The notes beneath the pieces were generated by a model. The model was not told the DNA's origin. It made no database searches and was given only the letters and a program-made list of their open reading frames with translations. Below are positions 7,210-16,274 of a DNA stretch of 64,000 bases, piece by piece. Made by a program: the position numbers and the translations under genes. The DNA is from Rheinheimera sp. (lineage in GTDB: Bacteria; Pseudomonadota; Gammaproteobacteria; Enterobacterales; Alteromonadaceae): contig JBBKWN010000146.1 in NCBI GenBank assembly GCA_037968955.1, positions 1,051 to 65,050 of the forward strand, read 5' to 3'. Positions within the stretch are counted from its first letter, which is position 1. Each line of letters opens with the position of its first letter.

Positions 7210-8940
7210 ATGTCTCATCGCGCTTATCTGTTTTCATTGCGCATCGCTCATGCGCTGCGCGAAACTGCCGTTGAAGGTTATCATCGCCAACAACTATATA
7301 AAGATGTGATGGCTGGCGTTAGCGTCGGGATTATTGCGATCCCGCTCGCGATGGCGTTGGCAATTGCCAGTGGCGTGCCGCCGCAATATGGCTTGTACAC
7401 GGCGATTATCGCGGGTTTTATTATTCCGCTTTGTGGTGGTTCTCGGTATAGCGTGTCTGGGCCGACCGCTGCATTTGTGGTGATCTTGTATCCGGTCGCC
7501 CAAAAATATGGCTTGGGTGGTTTATTACTGGCAACGCTGCTTTCTGGCGGGCTCTTGGTACTCATGGCCAGCCTGAGGCTCGGCCGATTTATTGAATATA
7601 TTCCCGAAGCCGTTACTTTAGGCTTTACCGCCGGGATCGCGGTGGTAATTGCAACATTACAAATCAAAGACTTATTTGGCTTGCAGTTGGCGAGCATGCC
7701 AGAGCATTACATCGAAAAACTCCAAGCATTGTTAATCGCGGCGGATACCGCCTATTGGCCGAGCGCCTTGGTGGCTGCCGTCACGGTGCTCACTATGTTG
7801 AAATGGTCAAAATTGAACACGGCAATTCCTGCGCATTTACCCGCCGTGTTGTTTGGCACCCTTGCCGCATTGGTCCTCGGTTGGCTGGACTTGCCGGTCG
7901 AAACCATTGGTAGTCGTTTTCAGTACACCGACGCCGCGGGGGCGGTAACGGGCGGAATTCCCGATATGTTACCGCGGTTTATTTGGCCTTGGCAGCAAGC
8001 AGGGGCGGATGGTGGGGCATTGATCTGGAGCTCGCAGATGGTTAAGGATCTGCTGGCGGCGGCTTTTGCCATGGCTATGTTAGGCGCCATTGAATCTTTG
8101 TTATGCGCTGTGGTGCTCGACGGTATGACGGGGCGGCGGCACAGTGCAAACAGTGAGTTATTGGGGCAGGGCATCGGTAATCTTATTGCACCATTTTTCG
8201 GTGGGATCACCGCTACCGCCGCTATTGCGCGCTCGGCCGCGAATGTAAAAGCTGGCGCACAGTCGCCTGTGGCGGCAATGATCCACGCGCTGGTCGTGTT
8301 GCTTGCATTATTGGTATTGTCCAAGTGGCTGGCCTTTTTGCCGATGGCCGCCATGGCGGCTTTGCTGTTGATGGTGGCGTGGAATATGAGTGATGCTGGT
8401 AAATCGCTGCATCTAATTAATACTGCGCCGCGCAGTGATATTTGGGTCTTTACGGTATGTTTTTCTTTTACCGTGTTATTTGACATGGTGGTGGCGATCA
8501 CCTGCGGCATCATTTTTGCCGCGTTATTGTTCGTCAGGGAAGTGGCGGAAATGACCAAAGTTTCAGACGTCACTGACAGTCCAAAACTGGTGCCGGAAAA
8601 GTTGGCCGACGGGATTAAAGTGTTTCGGATCAGCGGACCGCTGTTTTTTGCGGCCGCCGACCGTGTGTTTGCTGAATTATTGTTGCTGAGCCACCAGCAG
8701 CATACCGTGGTGCTGGTGATGGATGGCGTCTCGTTGTTGGATGGTGGAGGTTTAGTTGCGTTGGACAAGTTTATTAGTGCTTGTGATGAGGCCGAATGCC
8801 AAATCTTCATGGTCGATTTGCAATTTCAGCCCCTCAAAACGCTGGCGAGAGCGAAAATTCGCCCGGTCGATGGTTTATTGGCATTTGCGCCAACGCTGGT
8901 AGAAGCACTAAAACTACTGCCGAAAAAGGCGCTGTCATGA
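7210..8940 (+). CDS. SulP-family anion transporter with a C-terminal STAS domain (DauA/YchM-like)
   Basis: 576 aa with many TM segments (GVSVGIIAIPLAMALAIASGVPP...). The C-terminal region VFRISGPLFFAAADRVF is typical of a STAS domain. SD GGGAG lies before the ATG. Confidence 0.88.
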   Translation: MSHRAYLFSLRIAHALRETAVEGYHRQQLYKDVMAGVSVGIIAIPLAMALAIASGVPPQYGLYTAIIAGFIIPLCGGSRYSVSGPTAAFVVILYPVAQKYGLGGLLLATLLSGGLLVLMASLRLGRFIEYIPEAVTLGFTAGIAVVIATLQIKDLFGLQLASMPEHYIEKLQALLIAADTAYWPSALVAAVTVLTMLKWSKLNTAIPAHLPAVLFGTLAALVLGWLDLPVETIGSRFQYTDAAGAVTGGIPDMLPRFIWPWQQAGADGGALIWSSQMVKDLLAAAFAMAMLGAIESLLCAVVLDGMTGRRHSANSELLGQGIGNLIAPFFGGITATAAIARSAANVKAGAQSPVAAMIHALVVLLALLVLSKWLAFLPMAAMAALLLMVAWNMSDAGKSLHLINTAPRSDIWVFTVCFSFTVLFDMVVAITCGIIFAALLFVREVAEMTKVSDVTDSPKLVPEKLADGIKVFRISGPLFFAAADRVFAELLLLSHQQHTVVLVMDGVSLLDGGGLVALDKFISACDEAECQIFMVDLQFQPLKTLARAKIRPVDGLLAFAPTLVEALKLLPKKALS

Positions 8941-9138
8941 CAGGTGCGAGAGTAAAACCTCTGGCTACATTAAGCAGCGTAAACTTTACTCGGCGTGGTG
9001 TTGATGCAATTTTACAGTTCAGCGCATTGCAAATGGTCGTTTGGAAGGGGCAGTAGACTTGGTGTTACATCGAAAAAAGAGTCAATATCAGCTAGCCTTA
9101 GTTATACATGGTTGCGTTTTTCTGCGTTGTTGATGGGA

Positions 9139-9183
9139 TGAATATTCAAATATAAATTCACAAAAACAGCATAAAAATTCTTG
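9139..9183. promoter_or_regulatory. Putative ArgR operator (ARG-box-like AT-rich half-sites)
   Basis: TGAATATTCA palindrome at 9139-9148. Two 18-bp windows, 9145-9162 (TTCAAATATAAATTCACA) and 9166-9183 (ACAGCATAAAAATTCTTG), are separated by 3 bp. Each matches wnTGAATwwwwATTCAnw imperfectly. The site overlaps the -35. Confidence 0.45.
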
Positions 9184-9209
9184 AAACTGCATGAGTGACC
9201 CAGTACACT
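9181..9209 (+). promoter_or_regulatory. Putative sigma70 promoter of the arg operon
   Basis: -35 TTGAAA (9181-9186), 17-bp spacer, -10 TACACT (9204-9209). Confidence 0.5.
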
Positions 9210-9267
9210 GGCCGCAACTTTTCTGGCGTGGCCATTTCGTTTTTTTTGTTTTGGAGATAGACCCCTG

Positions 9268-10362
9268 ATGTCATCTGAGATGCCAACCCAAACCCCAAAT
9301 TCTTTGTCGGTGACGACTCATTCTGGTACTGCGATTAAAAGCGCAGTCTTAGGGGCTGCTGGTTATAGCGGTGCCGAACTTTGCGCGCTATTAACCAGAA
9401 ACCCATATTTTGAGCTCTGTTTTGCTTATGCCTCTGCCGGCCGCAAAGCAGAGTCTTTTTCTTCGCTCTATCCTAGGTTTCAGCAACAAGTTGATGTTTT
9501 GGTTGAACCTTGGACCGACCAAGAAGTTAGCCGTATTCAAGGCAAAGTGGACGTTGCGTTTTTAGCGTTGCCGCATGAAGTGAGTGAAGAAGTGACGCCA
9601 AAGCTGATGGCTGCCGGCATTGTGGTCGTCGATTTATCCGGCGCCTTTCGCTTGCAGCAACCCGATTTATATCCAAAATTTTATGGCTATGAACATCAAC
9701 ATCCAGAATTATTGAATGAAGCCGTTTATTCATTGATGGAATGGTTAGATAAACCATTACCACAGCTAATTTCAGTACCAGGTTGTTACCCAACTGCTTG
9801 CACATTGGCGTTATTGCCGTTGCTTAAAGCTGGTTTAGTTGCCGACGACTGCATTCCGGTCATTAGTGCCACCAGCGGTGTATCGGGGGCTGGTCGCAAA
9901 GCGGCGCTTAGTACTTCTTTTTGTGAAGTCGGGCTCAATGCCTACGGTTTTTTTAAACACCGTCATCGCCCGGAAATTGAACAGAATTTAGGTCGTAAAG
10001 TGGTGTTTACGCCGCATTTAGGTAATTTTAAACGTGGTATTTTGGCAACCAGCGTGGTGACACTTAAAGCTGGTGTAAGTGCTGAGCAGGTCAACGCTGC
10101 ATTTTATGATGTGTATGCCAATAAACCGTTAGTGCGGCTCACGGCAACCTCGCCAAATGTAGCGGACGTTGACGGTACCCCGTTTTGCGATATTTTCTGG
10201 CAACAGGATGGAGAGCAGTTAGTGGTGGTGTCGGCGATTGATAATTTACTTAAAGGCGCTGCCGCTCAAGCGATGCAAGCGGCCAACGTTAAGTTTGGCA
10301 AACCGGAAACCGCAGGTTTATTTGCCTTTGCAAAATCTGAACGACAGCAAGGAGCTGAGTAA
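9268..10362 (+). CDS. argC: N-acetyl-gamma-glutamyl-phosphate reductase
   Basis: GAAGYSGAEL NAD-binding motif and the PGCYPT active-site Cys motif. First gene of the argCBFGH cluster. Confidence 0.93.
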   Translation: MSSEMPTQTPNSLSVTTHSGTAIKSAVLGAAGYSGAELCALLTRNPYFELCFAYASAGRKAESFSSLYPRFQQQVDVLVEPWTDQEVSRIQGKVDVAFLALPHEVSEEVTPKLMAAGIVVVDLSGAFRLQQPDLYPKFYGYEHQHPELLNEAVYSLMEWLDKPLPQLISVPGCYPTACTLALLPLLKAGLVADDCIPVISATSGVSGAGRKAALSTSFCEVGLNAYGFFKHRHRPEIEQNLGRKVVFTPHLGNFKRGILATSVVTLKAGVSAEQVNAAFYDVYANKPLVRLTATSPNVADVDGTPFCDIFWQQDGEQLVVVSAIDNLLKGAAAQAMQAANVKFGKPETAGLFAFAKSERQQGAE

Positions 10363-11153
10363 TGGATCAGTCTGTGAAAGCCGCGACCAAAACGCCATTG
10401 GTGTTGAAAATGGGCGGCCGTTTGTTGCAAGACAATCAGGCGTTGGATGCGTTATTAAAAGTAGTGGCCGAGCTTTCAAGCCAAAACCCTATCGTGTTGG
10501 TACATGGAGGTGGTGATCAGGTTGATAGTTGGCTCGCCACTTTTGGTTTCACCACGCAGAAAATTGACGGTCAGCGCGTTTCGCCCAAAGAGCAAATGCC
10601 GGTGATTACGGGCGCTCTTGCGGGGGCGGTGAATAGCCTGATGGTATCGCGGGCGCAGTTACAAGGTTTAAAAGCAGTCGGTTTAACTTTGGCCGCCGGT
10701 CATAGTTTAAAGTTTGAAGTGAATGAAAAACTGGGAGCTGTTGGTATTGCCAAGGCGAACGACGGTACTTTAGTGAATACTTTATTGCAAAGCGGATTTG
10801 TACCGGTGTTTAGCTCTATTGGTCAAAGTGATGCCGGTGATTTGTTAAACGTTAACGCCGATTTAGCCGCCGCCGCTATTTGTCAGCTGGTGCAAGGTCA
10901 GCTGGTATTGTTGACTGATGTGCCGGGTATTTTGGACGCCGATGGTCAACTTATCAGTGCCTTGGATAGCAAGGGCGCACAAGCGCTGGTCGACAGCGGG
11001 GTGATTAAAGGCGGCATGAAAGTGAAATTAGATGCCGCTCTAGAAACGGCCGCCGCACTGCGACGATCGATTGTTGTTGCCGGCTGGCAGCAACCCAATG
11101 ATTTATTAAAGCTGATGCAACAGCAACCTGTTGGTACCTGCATCAGTGAATAG
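10362..11153 (+). CDS. argB: Acetylglutamate kinase
   Basis: The start overlaps the argC stop (TAATG). It has the amino-acid kinase fold with LKMGG and VLVHGGG motifs. Confidence 0.93.
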   Translation: MDQSVKAATKTPLVLKMGGRLLQDNQALDALLKVVAELSSQNPIVLVHGGGDQVDSWLATFGFTTQKIDGQRVSPKEQMPVITGALAGAVNSLMVSRAQLQGLKAVGLTLAAGHSLKFEVNEKLGAVGIAKANDGTLVNTLLQSGFVPVFSSIGQSDAGDLLNVNADLAAAAICQLVQGQLVLLTDVPGILDADGQLISALDSKGAQALVDSGVIKGGMKVKLDAALETAAALRRSIVVAGWQQPNDLLKLMQQQPVGTCISE

Positions 11154-11288
11154 GGCAGCTTATCGGTATGCTGGCAAGCCCTCAATCCCATTGAAATCCG
11201 CTATAACAAAGGTCTGATCAAACACTGTCAGACCGATGGGCAGATTTCCCTTTTAAGGAAGCCGCAACGCGGTCGAGCAGTGTGAGTT

Positions 11289-12203
11289 ATGAGTCAATTA
11301 AAACAGCTATTATGTTTAGCTGAACTGGATCAGAAGCAATTAGCAGGATTATTAGATTTAGCCCTGCAAATTAAACAACAACCGAATAAGTACTGCACCG
11401 CACTTAAAGGTAAAAGCATTGCTTTGTTGTTTGAGAAGCCGTCGTTACGTACCCGCGTAAGTTTTGATGTGGGCATCAGCAAGCTGGGCGGCCATAGTGT
11501 GTACCTCGATCAGCAAAATGGCGCCATGGGTGTGCGGGAATCAGTGGAGGATTTTGGCAGCAACTTAGCCTGCTGGACCGATGCGATTGTGGCTCGGGTC
11601 TATTCGCAGCAAAGTTTGATCCGGTTAGCGCAAAGTAGCAAAAAGCCGGTGATTAATGCGCTAAGTGACCTCTATCATCCGTGTCAGGCACTGGCCGATT
11701 TGTTGACGCTTAAAGAACAGTTTGGCGACTTATCGCAAGTGCATTTAGCTTACGTTGGCGATGGCAACAATGTTTGTCATTCACTGATGCTTGGCGCGGC
11801 TATTATGGGGATGACGCTGACTGTGGTGACGCCACCAGGTTTTGGTCCGGATGCACATGTGCTGCTTAAAGCACAAGCGCTGGCCCAAGCAAGTGGTGCG
11901 AAATTAACGCTTAGTCAGCATGTGTCATCCGCAGCAGGGGCCGATGCTATTTATACCGACACCTGGTTGTCGATGGGCAATAAAGCCGATCCAGTGACGG
12001 TTGAAAGAACCTTTGCTCCTTATCAGATTAATACCGCTGTGATGCAGCGACTGGCAGTGAAAAAATTTATGCACTGCTTGCCGGCGCATCGTGGCCATGA
12101 AGTAACCAGCGAAGTGCTGGACAGTGACTATTCCTTGGTGCTGCAGCAAGCGGAAAACCGCATGCATGCGCAAAATGCCGTATTAGTAAGTTTATTTGCC
12201 TGA
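11289..12203 (+). CDS. argF: Ornithine carbamoyltransferase
   Basis: SLRTR carbamoyl-phosphate motif, plus HPCQ, DTWLSMG and HCLPAHRG motifs. Confidence 0.9.
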   Translation: MSQLKQLLCLAELDQKQLAGLLDLALQIKQQPNKYCTALKGKSIALLFEKPSLRTRVSFDVGISKLGGHSVYLDQQNGAMGVRESVEDFGSNLACWTDAIVARVYSQQSLIRLAQSSKKPVINALSDLYHPCQALADLLTLKEQFGDLSQVHLAYVGDGNNVCHSLMLGAAIMGMTLTVVTPPGFGPDAHVLLKAQALAQASGAKLTLSQHVSSAAGADAIYTDTWLSMGNKADPVTVERTFAPYQINTAVMQRLAVKKFMHCLPAHRGHEVTSEVLDSDYSLVLQQAENRMHAQNAVLVSLFA

Positions 12204-12211
12204 GGCCGAAC

Positions 12212-13429
12212 ATGAGTAATGCAAAACAAAACGTGAAAAAAGTAGTGCTGGCGTATTCTGGTGGTTTGGATACTTCGGCCATTGTACCTTGGCTCAAAGA
12301 CAACTATGACTGCGAAGTCATCGCTTTTGTCGCTGATGTAGGGCAAGGCGCAGAAGATTTAGCCGGTGTTGAAGAAAAAGCGCTGAAATCTGGCGCCAGC
12401 AGCTGCTACATCGTTGATTTACGCGAACAGTTTGTCAAAGAAGTGATTTACCCAACGCTCAAAGCTGGCGCCGTGTACGAAGGCCAGTATTTACTGGGCA
12501 CCTCGATGGCGCGGCCAATCATTGCCCGGGCGCAGGTCGAACTGGCACTGAAATTAGGCGCTGATGCGCTGTGTCATGGTTGTACTGGTAAAGGTAACGA
12601 TCAAGTGCGGTTTGAAGGTGCTTTTGCGGCGTTAGCGCCGCAATTAAAAGTGATAGCGCCTTGGCGCGAGTGGGAATTTAATTCCCGCCAATCGCTGCTG
12701 AATTATCTGGCAGAAAAAAATGTTCCAACCACCGCTACGGCGACCAAAATTTACAGTCGTGACGCCAACTTATTCCATATTTCGCACGAAGGTGGCGAGC
12801 TGGAAAACCCGTGGAACGAGCCATCCGACCAAGTCTGGATGTGGACTAAATCGCCAGAGCAAGCGCCAGATAAAGCTGAATACTTGCAATTGAGCTTCGA
12901 AAAAGGCGAACTTGTTAGCATTAATGGCAACGCCGTTGCCGCGATTGAAGCGATTGAGCAGCTCAATACCATTGGCTCTGAGCATGGTGTGGGCCGCATC
13001 GATATCGTTGAAAACCGCTTAGTCGGCATGAAATCGCGTGGCTGTTATGAAACACCTGGCGGCACTATTATTGTGGCGGCCCTGCGCGCGCTGGAATCAC
13101 TAGTGTATGACCGTACTTCATTGAAATATCGTGAAGAAGTGGGTCTGGAAGTGGCGCAACTGGTGTATGACGGTCGTTGGTTTACTCCGCTCAAAGACGC
13201 TCTTTTTGCCGCATCCAATTCCCTGGCTGAACAATTGACCGGTGACATTGTGGTGAAACTGTATAAAGGTCAGGTGACAGTGGCAAAACGCCGCTCACCT
13301 AATAGCCTTTATTCAGAAGCTTTTGCAACTTTTGACGGTGATGAAGTGTATAACCAGCAAGATGCGGCCGGTTTTATCCGCCTGTATTCACTGGCCAGTC
13401 GTATTCGGGCGCTGCACAGCAAAGCGTAA
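12212..13429 (+). CDS. argG: Argininosuccinate synthase
   Basis: [12 protein letters not shown]-pyrophosphatase motif. 405 aa. Confidence 0.95.
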   Translation: MSNAKQNVKKVVLAYSGGLDTSAIVPWLKDNYDCEVIAFVADVGQGAEDLAGVEEKALKSGASSCYIVDLREQFVKEVIYPTLKAGAVYEGQYLLGTSMARPIIARAQVELALKLGADALCHGCTGKGNDQVRFEGAFAALAPQLKVIAPWREWEFNSRQSLLNYLAEKNVPTTATATKIYSRDANLFHISHEGGELENPWNEPSDQVWMWTKSPEQAPDKAEYLQLSFEKGELVSINGNAVAAIEAIEQLNTIGSEHGVGRIDIVENRLVGMKSRGCYETPGGTIIVAALRALESLVYDRTSLKYREEVGLEVAQLVYDGRWFTPLKDALFAASNSLAEQLTGDIVVKLYKGQVTVAKRRSPNSLYSEAFATFDGDEVYNQQDAAGFIRLYSLASRIRALHSKA

Positions 13430-13476
13430 GCTACAGCTGACACCGGCGCGCCGGACTGCTCTAAGGACAGGATCAG

Positions 13477-13500
13477 ACAGCGGTTTCGGCCGCTGTTTTT
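13477..13500 (+). terminator. Hairpin plus T-run between argG and argH (partial terminator or attenuator)
   Basis: acagcgg (13477-13483), loop tttcgg, ccgctgt (13490-13496), followed by ttttt. Confidence 0.5.
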
Positions 13501-13525
13501 ATATTTAGAATTTAGGAGATGCATC

Positions 13526-14914
13526 ATGGCGATGTGGGGCGGACGTTTTCAGGAAGCCAGTCTGGATGAATTCCGGGCTTTTAATGACTCAGTAAGATTT
13601 GATTATTTATTGGCGCAACAAGATATTGCAGCATCTCGTAGCTGGGCGATTGGCTTGGCCGAAGCCGGGATCATCAACGCGGAAGAGGCGAGTTTATTGG
13701 ATGGTGCATTGGCGGAACTAGCGGCTGAAGTTGCGGCAAATCCTGAATTGCCACTGCAAACGCAGGAAGAAGACATTCATAGCTGGGTCGAAGCCAAGCT
13801 TGGTGAGAAAATTGGTCATGCAGCGAAAAAATTGCATACCGGTCGTTCGCGCAATGACTTAGTTGCCACCGATTTGCGACTTTGGAGCAAACTCAACGCT
13901 GGTTTGGTGCGTGATGCGCTCAAATCTGCGATTGGTGCACTCTTAACTTTCGCTCGCACCTATGATGGTTTGGTGATGCCCGGTTTCACTCATTTACAAC
14001 GGGCGCAGCCGGTGTTAGTGAGCCACTGGGCGCTAGCGTATGTTGAGATGTTCCGCCGTGATTTAAGCCGCATCGACGATGCATTAAAACGGATGGATGT
14101 ATGTCCATTAGGTTGTGGTGCGTTGGCAGGGACCGGCGTGTTGTTGGATCGGATGGCTGTGGCGCAGCGCTTAGGTTTTGCGGATGCGGCGCGAAATAGC
14201 TTAGATGCAGTGTCAGATCGTGATTATGTGGTGGAGCTTTCTGCCGCGGCCAGCTTGTGTTTAACGCACTTATCTCGGTTATCAGAAGATGTGATTTTTT
14301 TCTGCTCGGGTGAAGCTGGTTTTTTCAAACTCGGTGATGCCATTTCGTCGGGCTCTTCTCTAATGCCACAAAAGAAAAACCCGGATGTTTTTGAATTACT
14401 ACGCGGCAAAACCGGCCGGGTGCTTGGGCATTTAGTCGCTATTTTACATGTGCTTAAAGGTTTGCCGCTGGCATACAACAAAGACATGCAAGAAGATAAA
14501 CAAGGTTTCTTTGACCTGATGGCGACTTGGCAGCAATGTTTGTTGGTGCTGGCAACAGTGTTACCGCATTTGTCGGTGAATGCTGGGCAATGCCGCCGTG
14601 CCGCAGAGCTTGGCTACAGTAATGCGACAGATCTTGCCGATTATTTAGTTGGCAAAGGGGTGGCATTTCGGGATGCGCATGAGCTTTCTGGTGAGCTGGT
14701 GCTCAAAGCATCTGCGCAGCAAAAACCGCTCGAAGCATTAACGTTAACTGAGTTACAAGCGGTTTCAACATTAATTACGGACGATGTCTATGCCGCATTA
14801 ACCATTGAAGCAGGTTTGGCCAAACGAGCGGCTTTAGGTGGTACCTCACCTGAGCAAGTAAGTCGGGCTTTGGCGGCTGCAGAGCAGTGGTTTGCTACTC
14901 AACTTGGTGAATAA
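13526..14914 (+). CDS. argH: Argininosuccinate lyase
   Basis: Fumarate-lyase signature GSSLMPQKKNPD. 462 aa, with no fused ArgA domain. Confidence 0.95.
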   Translation: MAMWGGRFQEASLDEFRAFNDSVRFDYLLAQQDIAASRSWAIGLAEAGIINAEEASLLDGALAELAAEVAANPELPLQTQEEDIHSWVEAKLGEKIGHAAKKLHTGRSRNDLVATDLRLWSKLNAGLVRDALKSAIGALLTFARTYDGLVMPGFTHLQRAQPVLVSHWALAYVEMFRRDLSRIDDALKRMDVCPLGCGALAGTGVLLDRMAVAQRLGFADAARNSLDAVSDRDYVVELSAAASLCLTHLSRLSEDVIFFCSGEAGFFKLGDAISSGSSLMPQKKNPDVFELLRGKTGRVLGHLVAILHVLKGLPLAYNKDMQEDKQGFFDLMATWQQCLLVLATVLPHLSVNAGQCRRAAELGYSNATDLADYLVGKGVAFRDAHELSGELVLKASAQQKPLEALTLTELQAVSTLITDDVYAALTIEAGLAKRAALGGTSPEQVSRALAAAEQWFATQLGE

Positions 14915-15023
14915 TGACGGTATGCAGTGCGAAGCGGTCTGTATCTGCCAAGCCAGAGCTGTGTGCCACAGTGATATAAACGAATTGCTAGGCAGGTATT
15001 ATTGCAACTGGGCAAGTAACGAA

Positions 15024-15061
15024 CTACAGCGCAGTTTCCGATCTGCGCCGTAGTTTTTTTT
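15024..15061 (+). terminator. Rho-independent terminator of the arg operon
   Basis: ctacagcgcag pairs with ctgcgccgtag (11-bp stem, 1 mismatch), 8-nt loop, then a T8 run (15054-15061). Confidence 0.75.
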
Positions 15062-15179
15062 ATAGGAAAAATGGTAGGTAGCATTTTTGTGGGTTAAATG
15101 ACAATGGATTGATTTGTTTAACACGCTATGTTAGCTATTCGCTTGCTGAAACGGACAGCTATGACAGGGAGTGAGCGTG

Positions 15180-16235
15180 ATGGTGGCTGAAGGGATGTTT
15201 AAATGGCTCGCGAAACTGCTCGCGATGGTCGTGATTTTCAGCAGCTGTTGTTACTTGGTACTGCTGGCAATAAACTGGCAAGATCAACCTGCTTCGCCAG
15301 CCAGTGTTAAGATGCAGCACATCCTGCAACAACGTGCGCAGGTGGCGGAACAAGACAATGGTTTTGTCCACTACCAGCGACAACAGCACAGGTTGCCAGC
15401 ATTTTCGGCTGAATTCCTCAAGCTATATCAGCATTGCCAGCGGGCGACTTGTGCTACGGTGCTCAACGACGCGCAGGGCGAAATACCTGAACTGCTGCTG
15501 CAGCATCAGCCTCAGCTAGAATTTTACCAGCAACTGCTAAAATTTCCGGCTTGGCAAGCGCCCACAATAACAGACGCCACCACCATACCGGCCTATAGTG
15601 TTCTGACAAGAATGCAATGGCTGCAGATGCTGCACGTGTGGCATGCACTATCGCAGGGGCAGACCGATGTTGCCAGAACCTTGTTGCAACAAGACTTTAC
15701 GTTCTTGCGTCGCCTGCTAATTTCAAACAGTCAGTTAATTGATAAAATGTTGACTGTTGCCGTGATTAAACAACATTTATATTTTGCGAATTCGCTACAC
15801 CAGACTTTGATGGCGGAGCAGTATCAGCAGGTCATGCCAAACAGCTGGCAAGTCCCTTTTACCGCTGATGAGCTATCAATGCTACCGGTGTTTGCTGGCG
15901 AGTGGAGCTTTGGCAACAACTTGTTGTTGCAAAGTATCGAGCAGACAAAAAATGATGATATTCCCGTGGTAGAAAAGTGGCTCGTTGCTGTGTTGGCCAA
16001 ACCCTTTTTCCAATCGCAGGACACCAGTAATGCGCTGGCTCGTAATTATCTGCGTTGTACAGCGCAGATATCATCTCAGACCGTCGAAAAGCCAGCGCAT
16101 AACGGATTGCAATGGCTCTATAACCCTGTAGGTAAGTTAATCATTAGTGCCAATATGGACTATTGCCGGAACTATACCGAGCAGGTGCTCGAACTCGAAC
16201 AGCTACGTCGTCATCTCTTTTCCGGCGCGCTATGA
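15180..16235 (+). CDS. Hypothetical membrane-anchored Gln-rich protein, no family recognised
   Basis: ATG 15180 follows GGGAG (the ORF-track GTG at 15171 is also possible). It has an N-terminal hydrophobic helix LAKLLAMVVIFSSCCYLVLLAI, and the remainder is predicted soluble. Confidence 0.6.
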   Translation: MVAEGMFKWLAKLLAMVVIFSSCCYLVLLAINWQDQPASPASVKMQHILQQRAQVAEQDNGFVHYQRQQHRLPAFSAEFLKLYQHCQRATCATVLNDAQGEIPELLLQHQPQLEFYQQLLKFPAWQAPTITDATTIPAYSVLTRMQWLQMLHVWHALSQGQTDVARTLLQQDFTFLRRLLISNSQLIDKMLTVAVIKQHLYFANSLHQTLMAEQYQQVMPNSWQVPFTADELSMLPVFAGEWSFGNNLLLQSIEQTKNDDIPVVEKWLVAVLAKPFFQSQDTSNALARNYLRCTAQISSQTVEKPAHNGLQWLYNPVGKLIISANMDYCRNYTEQVLELEQLRRHLFSGAL

Positions 16236-16274
16236 CAGCACCGCTATTGCCCAAACAATAGCGGTGGAGTGTGT

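Noticed and set aside
7920-8810. 296-codon minus-strand ORF inside the SulP transporter gene.
   Set aside because: It is a shadow ORF antisense to a well-supported transporter. Its composition is low-complexity and Ser/Ala/Asn/Thr-rich, with no recognisable motif.
9210-9256. Weak hairpin followed by a T8 run in the argC leader, considered as a transcription attenuator.
   Set aside because: Only about 5 bp of pairing (tggcc/ggcca) with a long loop, and no leader peptide with Arg codons. The T-run more likely just belongs to the AT-rich leader before the SD.
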